Source: Patescibacteria group bacterium
GTDB taxonomy: Bacteria; Patescibacteriota; Minisyncoccia; UBA6257; HR35
Direction: 5' to 3'
DNA: 27,008 bases
Assembly: GCA_023480925.1 (NCBI GenBank)
Contig: JAMCWY010000023.1
Location: 1-27,008 of the forward strand
The translations under genes and the position numbers were made by a program. The notes beneath the pieces are model-generated. The model searched no databases. It worked only from the letters and a program-made list of their open reading frames with translations, and was not told where the DNA came from. Of the stretch, positions 9,691 to 16,286 are shown one piece after another. The stretch's first letter is position 1, and each line of letters starts with the position of its first letter.

Positions 9691-9827
9691 AAATATTTAA
9701 GCCTTAAACCCGAAAATTTTTCAAAATTTTAATAAAAAAATTTTGAAGCCACCAATTCGAAAATTTTGAAAGTTTTAAAGATAAAACAAAATTTTCATTC
9801 AGTCTTTAAGGATTATTTTGAGAATAT

Positions 9828-9971
9828 TTAAAAAAGTTTGAGATAAAGTTTGACTGCGGTCTCTGTTTGTTTTTTTGCTTTAGCTTTGATTGTTTCCAAG
9901 ATAATTTTTGGAATTAAGAGAATTTTAACTTTATCCGACTCAACTAGAGTTTTTTCAGGCCGCCGGCCAAT
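9828..9971 (-). other. cryptic ribbon-helix-helix (CopG/Arc-like) small ORF with no ATG/GTG/TTG start
   Basis: The minus-strand frame is open from 10016 to the TAA at 9830-9828. From ATT at 9971 it reads IGRRPEKTLVESDKVKILLIPKIILETIKAKAKKQTETAVKLYLKLF. That gives a GRRP-type N-tail, a beta-strand and two helices. It is too short and start-less for the ORF track. Confidence 0.3.
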
Positions 9972-10001
9972 CTTGTTTATGTTGACGGTTTGGCTTGGCC
10001 C

Positions 10002-10031
10002 TTGACTTTGTTTGGTTTATTTTGTTATAAT
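10002..10031 (+). promoter_or_regulatory. near-consensus sigma70 promoter (TTGACT, 18 nt spacer, TATAAT)
   Basis: TTGACT at 10002-10007 and TATAAT at 10026-10031. No annotated gene lies downstream until after a terminator. A minus-strand TTGCTC-17-TATAAC promoter shares the same TATAA palindrome. Confidence 0.6.
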
Positions 10032-10037
10032 TAAAGA

Positions 10038-10153
10038 ATCGTCAATGAGCAAAGATTTTAAAAATATTTTGGTTATTTTGGCTGGCGAAGCCGGCTTTTG
10101 ATTTGATTTAAAAATTATTTTTTCAAATCAAGGGCCGGTCGACCGGCCTTTTT
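10038..10153 (+). ncRNA. candidate ~115-nt small RNA (or 18-codon micro-ORF transcript) with three hairpins
   Basis: Bounded by the promoter above and a terminator. Hairpins: GCTGGC-GAA-GCCGGC (10081-10095); TTGATTTGA / TCAAATCAA (10098-10106 / 10123-10131); GGCCGG-TCGA-CCGGCC plus T5 (10133-10153). It also contains ATG 10045 to TGA 10101, encoding MSKDFKNILVILAGEAGF. Confidence 0.4.
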
Positions 10154-10165
10154 AGTTTGTCGGGG

Positions 10166-10193
10166 CAAGGAATTTAAATAAATAAATTCCTTG
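10166..10193. repeat. perfect 11-bp inverted repeat (CAAGGAATTTA, 6-nt gap, TAAATTCCTTG)
   Basis: Arms at 10166-10176 and 10183-10193, lying between the sRNA terminator and the Shine-Dalgarno of the acidic ORF. Either an operator or a 5'-UTR hairpin. Confidence 0.7.
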
Positions 10194-10234
10194 TTGGGAC
10201 AAATTTGTCTCAAAGCACGCGAAAGGAGAAAAAA

Positions 10235-10387
10235 ATGTTCGGCGAACCACAACCGTACGAACCGCACCGAGCGGACTTTCTGACCGATTTTTTCGATAAC
10301 GATGACGATTTTGGCTTTAACGATGGAGTCATTCCGGTTGAAACCGAGCCGACTGATGAGTACGATGATCCGCCGGCGACCGATTGA
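10235..10387 (+). CDS. hyper-acidic 50-aa protein of unknown function
   Basis: ATG at 10235 preceded by AAAGGAG with a 7-nt spacing. This is the in-frame internal start of track ORF 10205..10387. Product MFGEPQPYEPHRADFLTDFFDNDDDFGFNDGVIPVETEPTDEYDDPPATD has 16 Asp/Glu and 1 Arg. A strong terminator follows. Confidence 0.5.
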   Translation: MFGEPQPYEPHRADFLTDFFDNDDDFGFNDGVIPVETEPTDEYDDPPATD

Positions 10388-10407
10388 GTCGTATCGGTCT
10401 GGTTTTT

Positions 10408-10436
10408 GGGCGAGAAAATCTTCTCGCCCTTTTTTT
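10408..10436 (+). terminator. intrinsic terminator after the acidic ORF
   Basis: GGGCGAGAA-aatc-TTCTCGCCC (9-bp stem) followed by a T7 tract. Confidence 0.85.
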
Positions 10437-10456
10437 GATAAAATCTTTTAATTTAA

Positions 10457-11197
10457 ATGAGATTAAAAAGAGAGTTTTTCCAAAGGCCAACTTTAAAAGT
10501 GGCTAAAGACTTATTGGGGAAGTTTTTGATCAGGCGCTGGCGGGATAAATTTTTAATCGGTCGGATTGTTGAAACTGAGGCTTATGTCGGTCCGATCGAT
10601 CAGGCCTCGCACGCTTATTCGTCTCGAGGTCAGAGTTTGAAAGAAAAAATGAATATTCTGGAAAAAAATTGGCCAAGGATAAAAAATTATATTTCAAATC
10701 AAAATGAATTTGTTAAAAATATTTTGGCCGGGGAATCAAGAGTGACCGATCGAAATTTGGCCGAGTACCTCCGTGGCGGCCATATTTATATTTATTTGGT
10801 TTATGGTTTACATTATCAATTAAATATAACAACAGCCCGGACCGGCCGACCCGAATGCGTTTTGATTCGGGCGCTTGAGCCGATTCTAAATTTAAGCCAG
10901 ACTAATGGCCCGGGCAAGCTTTGCCGCGAATTTCGACTTAATCGATCCTTTTGGGCCGAGGATTTAACTGCGAGTAAAAGGATTTGGCTGACTCGAATTT
11001 TACCGGGTGAGATCAAATCAATTCAAGCGAAGAATTATTTTCAATCTCAAAAGAAGGGGAACGGTCTTTTAAAAACGTGCGTTCGCCGAAATAATATTGT
11101 CAGGGCAAAGCGGATCGGCATTGATTACGCCGGCGAAGATAGAAATCTACTTTGGCGTTTTTATCTAAAGGATAATCAATTTATTTCGAGAAAATAA
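10457..11197 (+). CDS. mpg: DNA-3-methyladenine (methylpurine) glycosylase, AAG/Mpg family
   Basis: FFQRPTLKVAKDLLGKFL, GRIVETEAYVG, SHAY, GGHIYIYLVYGLHYQLNI, VLIRALEP, NGPGKL, RIGIDYAGE...WRF. At 246 aa it is longer than typical family members. Confidence 0.85.
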   Translation: MRLKREFFQRPTLKVAKDLLGKFLIRRWRDKFLIGRIVETEAYVGPIDQASHAYSSRGQSLKEKMNILEKNWPRIKNYISNQNEFVKNILAGESRVTDRNLAEYLRGGHIYIYLVYGLHYQLNITTARTGRPECVLIRALEPILNLSQTNGPGKLCREFRLNRSFWAEDLTASKRIWLTRILPGEIKSIQAKNYFQSQKKGNGLLKTCVRRNNIVRAKRIGIDYAGEDRNLLWRFYLKDNQFISRK

Positions 11198-11200
11198 AAA

Positions 11201-11228
11201 AGAACGGTTGATTTAAATTAACCGTTCT
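11201..11228. terminator. bidirectional terminator hairpin between convergent genes
   Basis: AGAACGGTT (11201-11209) pairs with AACCGTTCT (11220-11228). A-rich upstream and T-rich downstream flanks. Confidence 0.7.
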
Positions 11229-11235
11229 TGAGTTA

Positions 11236-11796
11236 TTATTTGAGTTTAACTAATCCGCCTTCGTAGCTAAACGAGTAGACGGTTTCGGCCCCCAAGAAAA
11301 TTTTCCCCTTGCCTTCAAAGACGTTCAGGCCGCCTTTGAGTTCGCTCTGGTAGACCCAGTCATTTTCTTTAAATTGTGTTGGACCGTAGCGATAAGACGC
11401 TTCCTCGATCAGATTGGACGAGATTGTGCACTGGTTGAGCGGTTCAGGTTGACGCCAGGCTTTGATTTTAAAAGCGATTACCTCTGCTAACTTTTCCTGG
11501 CTAACATTTTTGTCAAAATAGCCAACCAGTCTTGATCGCCAACAAACGACTGGACACTGGCCAGGCGCTTGATAAGCGATTTTTTTCTCTTCCAACTCGA
11601 TGTAATGGTTTAGGGTTTTGACAAATATTGGCGTCGAAGCCAGTTTGATTTGCTGCCATCGATCATTATACTGGAAGATCGATGACTCATTGTCGGAGAA
11701 TAGTCTGGCGCTAGTGAGAGTAGCGATAATTTTGTTAAGATTCGGCCATTCTCCTTCTTCGTTTTTTTGTTTTTGGGTGCGATTAAACCAAGACAA
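11236..11796 (-). CDS. hypothetical protein; C-terminus possibly DUF5680-like
   Basis: Track ORF 11236..11805. I place the start at TTG 11796 because AAGGAGG sits 8 nt upstream, whereas the GTG at 11805 lies inside that SD. The protein has no internal Met. The C-terminal pattern W.Y.SE..GG...F.G...I....E.VY.FSYEGG resembles DUF5680 from memory only. Confidence 0.55.
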   Translation of the reverse strand: MSWFNRTQKQKNEEGEWPNLNKIIATLTSARLFSDNESSIFQYNDRWQQIKLASTPIFVKTLNHYIELEEKKIAYQAPGQCPVVCWRSRLVGYFDKNVSQEKLAEVIAFKIKAWRQPEPLNQCTISSNLIEEASYRYGPTQFKENDWVYQSELKGGLNVFEGKGKIFLGAETVYSFSYEGGLVKLK

Positions 11797-11915
11797 CTGA
11801 TTCACCTCCTTAAATTAGCAACTAGACATCTTGTCATCTAGTTAATCAAACTAATTTAATTATAAGAAAAATTTAACTTGGTTTAAAATAATAATTTCAA
11901 CCAAACTTTATAAAA

Positions 11916-13164
11916 ATGAGTTTAATCAAAAATTTCCAATCTTTGGCCAAAACAAGAGAAAGGGAAGTTGTTTTGAGCCTGGTCGAGGCGGCCTTGGACG
12001 CGATTCAGCCTGAAAATGTTCTTAAAAAAAATTTTGATCTTGATCGCGATCAGCTGACGATTCAATCGGAAGATTTTAACCTAAAAGAACTTAAGCGAAT
12101 TTTTCTGATTGGTTTTGGCAAGGGATCGGCTCGGTTTTCAAAAATTTTGGAAAATTTACTTGGCCAACGTTTAAACGGCGGTAATGTCATTGATGTTGTC
12201 GGTGCTGATTTTAAAAAAATTACTTTCTGTCAAGGCGCTCATCCCTTACCTTCAAAAGAAAATATTGATTTTACTCGCGCGGTCTTGGCCGATGTCAAAA
12301 TTTTTGGTTTGAACTTCGGTTTTATTTGAAGCGCCGGCCCGGATTAATTTAGATAAGTTAATTCAAGTTAATCAAGCTCTCCTTTTATCCGGCGCTGATA
12401 TTTACGAGATCAATACAATTCGGAAACACATTTCTTTGGTTAAAGCCGGCGGTTTGGCTCGAGCGCTTTATCCGGCTAAAATTATCGTTTTGATTATTTC
12501 CGATGTACCTGGCAATGATTTAAGTTTTGTCGCTTCCGGGCCAACGGTTAAAGACGAGACGCGTTTGGATCAGGCTTGGCCATTGATAAAAAAATACAAT
12601 CTTGACCAAAAAGTTGATTTGAGTTTCGATGATTTGATTGAAACGCCCAAAGAAGAGAATTATTTTAAAAATGTTTCTAATATTTTAATCTTAAGTAACC
12701 TGACCGGTTTAAACGCGATGAGAGCGAAGGCCGAGACTTTGGGTTATGGAGTTGAGATTATTTCAGATCGGTTCAGAGGCGATGTCGGGGCGGTGGCGAA
12801 AATGTTTTTGGAAAAACAAGGATCAGGTAAGATTTTTTTGGCCGGAGGCGAGACAACTGTCAAAGTTAAAACTAATGGCCGCGGCGGACGAAATCAGGCT
12901 TTGGCGCTTAGTTTTTTGGAGGAATTAAAAGATAATTCCGTTTTTTGCCCGTTTGATTCCGACGGTTGGGATAACACTGAAACCGCCGGCGCCTTGGTCG
13001 ATCGTTTGACTTTGGTTCGGGCGGCTGAGTTAAATTTAAATCCGGAAAAGTTTTTAGAAGAAAATAACAGTTTTGATTTTTTTCAGCGGACCGGTGATTT
13101 TATTGCCACCGGCCGGCTTGGTTCGAATGTCTCCGATTTAGCCGTGATGTTGAAATTGGATTAA
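11916..13164 (+). pseudogene. glycerate kinase (DUF4147 + MOFRL, GckA/TtuD type), disrupted
   Basis: The N-terminal part (11916-12329, FLIGFGKGSA ... GAHPLPS) and the C-terminal part (open from 12313, frame shifted) are in different frames. The C-terminal part reads LFEAPARINLDKL...LLLSGADIYEINTIRKHISLVKAGGLA...ISDVPGND...ASGPT. The conserved LISGGGSAL segment expected between them is missing. Confidence 0.75.
12293..12322 (+). repeat. 30-nt exact copy of mbfA-like coding sequence at the glycerate kinase break point
   Basis: TGTCAAAATTTTTGGTTTGAACTTCGGTTT is identical to 13439-13468. Confidence 0.95.
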
Positions 13165-13205
13165 AAAATAAAATCGAATTTAATTTAATAATTTTTTAAA
13201 ATAAA

Positions 13206-14081
13206 ATGAGAGTTAAATATTTAAACAATTCGAAAAAAGATTTTTTGGCGAATCAGAAAAACGAAATAACCGAGAGTTTTATTTATGAAAAGTTGGCGGC
13301 CGCGGCTAAGGCTGAGAATGATCGATCGGTTCTCAGTCATATCGCCGCCAAAGAAAAAGATCATTATCAAATTTGGCTGAGCTTGACCAATACTGAAGTC
13401 GAACCGGACCGCTGGCGGATTTTCTTTTATTCGACTATTGTCAAAATTTTTGGTTTGAACTTCGGTTTGCGTTTGATGGAGCGAGGAGAAAAATTAAGCC
13501 AATCTGTTTACACTGACTTAAAATCAATTGATCCAAGAATGGTTGAGGTTATTGGCGATGAACAGAACCACGAACAAGAACTTTTAAATTTGATTGACCA
13601 ACGCGAGCTGGCTTATATTGGTTCTTTGATTCTGGGCATGAACGACGCTTTGGTTGAACTGACTGGTACGCTTGCCGGTTTGACTTTCGCTTTTACCCAA
13701 ACTCATCTGATTGCTTTTATCGGTTTGATCACTGGTTTCGCCGCGTCTTTGTCAATGGCTGGATCGGAATATCTGGCGAAAAAAGAAGAAGAAGGCAAGA
13801 ATCCGATTAAATCAGGCTTGGCCACTGGTTTAAGTTATATTTTGACCGTGATTTTATTAGTTTTACCTTATTTGATTTTAGACCAGCCAATTTTTGCTTT
13901 GTTAGTTACTTTAAGTTTGGCTGTTGTTGTAATTCTTTTTTTTAACTTTTACATCGCTATCGCCAGGAATGTTGAGTTTAAAAGAAGGTTCTTTGAAATG
14001 TTGATGATTATATTGACAGTTTCGATTTTAAGTTTTTCAATCGGGTTTATCGCTAAAACTTATTTCAAAATTGACGTTTAA
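13206..14081 (+). CDS. erythrin/ferritin-like domain fused to a VIT1/CCC1 iron transporter (MbfA-like)
   Basis: N-terminal di-iron-type helices (ESFIYEKLA...EKDHY; ERGEK...DEQNHEQEL). C-terminal VIT1 membrane domain (GMNDALVELTGTLAGL and several TM helices). Confidence 0.8.
   Translation: MRVKYLNNSKKDFLANQKNEITESFIYEKLAAAAKAENDRSVLSHIAAKEKDHYQIWLSLTNTEVEPDRWRIFFYSTIVKIFGLNFGLRLMERGEKLSQSVYTDLKSIDPRMVEVIGDEQNHEQELLNLIDQRELAYIGSLILGMNDALVELTGTLAGLTFAFTQTHLIAFIGLITGFAASLSMAGSEYLAKKEEEGKNPIKSGLATGLSYILTVILLVLPYLILDQPIFALLVTLSLAVVVILFFNFYIAIARNVEFKRRFFEMLMIILTVSILSFSIGFIAKTYFKIDV
13439..13468 (+). repeat. native copy of the 30-nt repeat (encodes VKIFGLNFG within the mbfA-like gene)
   Basis: Identical to 12293-12322 and in the same codon phase. 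Here it fits the surrounding family-typical ...FG..F.L.LMERGE context. Confidence 0.95.
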
Positions 14082-14423
14082 TCTCCAAAGAAGTTAAATT
14101 CGTTCACTCGCTAAATTTATTCTCAGTTTTCCAGAGATTTCGCTTAAGACGGGTTGGTCTAAAGAATTCTAATTTTTTCTCAGACGCCGATCGTGATCTC
14201 ATTGTTCCAGCGGCTCGGCTCAATCTATGCTTCCGACCCTCGCGCCATTCGGGGCTAAACCGCGATGGCGCCTTCAAGAAGTTGCCTTTAAAAAAGTTAT
14301 AATTCTTTTAATTTACAAAGATTATTTCGAAAATATAAAATAAATTCCGAGACAAATTTATTGAAGTTGATTTGTTTCTAGGTAGAGTGTTTATAAAAAT
14401 GTGATATGATAAAATAATAAATA

Positions 14424-15284
14424 ATGGAATTTGAGCTAACTCAGACGAAAATAAAATTTTTAGAAGAAAAAGCAAATCATATTCGTCAACTGATAATCGA
14501 AATGTTAGCCACGGCTGGCTCAGGCCATCCGGCTGGAGCGCTTGGCATGGCTGATATTTTTGCCGCTTTTTATTTTTATATTCTTAATCATGATCCCACA
14601 AATCCTAATTGGCCCGACCGCGATCGTTTAGTTTTATCTAATGGTCATATTTGCCCGGCTTATTACGCCGCTATGGCTTTGGCCGGTTATTTTCCGGTTG
14701 AAGAGCTAAAAACGCTTCGTCAGATTAACTCGCGTTTGCAAGGGCATCCGCATCGAACGAGTTTACCCGGCTTGGAGACGACTTCGGGTCCGTTGGGCGA
14801 GGGAATTTCTCAGGCAATCGGTATCGCTTTAGCCGGCCGGCTTGATCGAAAAAAGTATCAGATTTATTGTCTTACCTCCGATGGCGAACATCAAGAGGGT
14901 AATACTTGGGAGGCAGTTATGTTCGCGGCCAAAAACAAAATAAATAATTTTACCGTTGTCATCGATCGGAATAATATTCAAATTGACGGTTCGACCGAAG
15001 AGGTTATGCCGCTCGAGCCGCTTCGTCAAAAATACGAAAGTTTCGGCTGGGCGGTCTTGGAAGTTGATGGCAATAATATCAGAACGTTCATCGAATCAAT
15101 TAACGAGGCGAAAGCAATCTCGGAAAAGCCAACCGTTATTATCGCTTACACTGTTCCGGGTAAGGATGTAAGCTTTATGGAAAAAGATTTCCATTGGCAT
15201 GGTCAAGCGCCCAAACCGGATCAGGCCGCGGCAGCCTTAAAGGAATTGCGAACGTTGGCGGAAAAAATTAGGCGTGAAGATTAA
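14424..15284 (+). CDS. transketolase, N-terminal (TPP-binding) subunit
   Basis: GSGHPAGALGMADI, SNGHICPAYY, LQGHP, SDGEHQEGNTWEA. Split-type transketolase, followed 9 nt later by the C-terminal half. Confidence 0.92.
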   Translation: MEFELTQTKIKFLEEKANHIRQLIIEMLATAGSGHPAGALGMADIFAAFYFYILNHDPTNPNWPDRDRLVLSNGHICPAYYAAMALAGYFPVEELKTLRQINSRLQGHPHRTSLPGLETTSGPLGEGISQAIGIALAGRLDRKKYQIYCLTSDGEHQEGNTWEAVMFAAKNKINNFTVVIDRNNIQIDGSTEEVMPLEPLRQKYESFGWAVLEVDGNNIRTFIESINEAKAISEKPTVIIAYTVPGKDVSFMEKDFHWHGQAPKPDQAAAALKELRTLAEKIRRED

Positions 15285-15292
15285 CAACAAAA

Positions 15293-16285
15293 ATGCTTAA
15301 TCCCGATTTAAAATTAAACCAAAATATTTTTAATCAAGAGATCGAGCAAAAACCAATTCGAGACGGTTATGGTTTAGCTTTGGTTGAGTTGGGCGAATCT
15401 GATCCGAACATTGTCGTTTTGACTGCCGATCTGGTCGAGTCGACTCGAGTCGAGACTTTCGCCAAAAAATTTCCTGAACGGTTTTTTGAAGTGGGCGTGG
15501 CTGAACAAAACATGGCGGCGATTGCCGCGGGTTTGGCCGTTTCCGGCAAGATTCCGTTTATTTCTTCTTACGCGACTTTTTCGCCGGGCAAAAATTTGGA
15601 AACGATTCGGACAACGATTATTTATAATCGAGCTAATGTCAAAATCGCCGGTCATCACGCCGGCGTTGTTACTGGCCCAGACGGCGCTACTCACCAAGCG
15701 ACCGAAGATTTGGCTATTACTCGTTCTTTGCCCGGCTTGACGATTTTTTCTCCTTGTGACGTCGAAGAGGCAAAAAAGGTAACGCTCGAATCGGTCCGAG
15801 TCGACGGTCCGGTCTATTTGCGATTTGTTCGAGATAAGACTCCGATTTTAACGACCGCGGCCACGCCTTTTGCCAAAGATAATCTGCCGGTTTTTTGGTT
15901 AAGCCAGAACCCGACAGCGGTTATTTTTGCCACCGGTCATTTGCTTTTTCAGGCTTTGATCGCGGCGAAAGAATTAGAAGAAGATGGGATTGATGTTTTG
16001 GTTGTCAATGTTGCGACGATTAAACCTTTGCCGGAGAAAGAATTAGTCGGTTTGGTTGAAAAAACCGGCGCGGTCGTAACGGTTGAAGATCATCAGGTTG
16101 TTGGCGGTTTGGGCGGAGCAATCGCCGAAATTTTGGCTCGAACCGCGCCAGCGCCAATCGAATTCATCGGTCTCCAAGACAGATTTGCCGAGTCGGGGAG
16201 GCTGAACGATTTAATCGAAAAATACAACTTGGGTTCGGTCGCGATCAGGGCGGCGGTCAAAAAAGTTATTCAAAGAAAAAAATAA
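15293..16285 (+). CDS. transketolase, C-terminal (pyrimidine-binding plus C-terminal domain) subunit
   Basis: FFEVGVAEQNMAAIAAGLA, GATHQATEDLA, VTVEDH. Confidence 0.92.
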   Translation: MLNPDLKLNQNIFNQEIEQKPIRDGYGLALVELGESDPNIVVLTADLVESTRVETFAKKFPERFFEVGVAEQNMAAIAAGLAVSGKIPFISSYATFSPGKNLETIRTTIIYNRANVKIAGHHAGVVTGPDGATHQATEDLAITRSLPGLTIFSPCDVEEAKKVTLESVRVDGPVYLRFVRDKTPILTTAATPFAKDNLPVFWLSQNPTAVIFATGHLLFQALIAAKELEEDGIDVLVVNVATIKPLPEKELVGLVEKTGAVVTVEDHQVVGGLGGAIAEILARTAPAPIEFIGLQDRFAESGRLNDLIEKYNLGSVAIRAAVKKVIQRKK

Positions 16286-16286
16286 G

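Noticed and set aside
12290-12440. Programmed frameshift or two-subunit glycerate kinase
   Set aside because: The conserved LISGGGSAL segment is physically missing and is replaced by the ectopic 30-mer. Frameshifting could not restore a normal protein.
14104-14277. bL34 (rpmH)-like motif FRPTRLKRN in the minus-strand basic peptide
   Set aside because: The resemblance covers about 9 residues. It sits at the wrong end of the peptide, and the RHGFR core is absent. It is most likely coincidence.
14082-14423. TPP riboswitch (upstream of a TPP enzyme) or SRP RNA in the structured spacer
   Set aside because: The TPP-element signature is absent on both strands. That signature is CUGAGA followed by ACCUGAUCUGGAUAAUGCCAGCG-like sequence in the correct order. 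The GGAA-containing stretch GGGUCGGAAGCAUAG on the minus strand lacks the SRP helix-8 pairing and the AGCA/GGAA symmetric-loop context.
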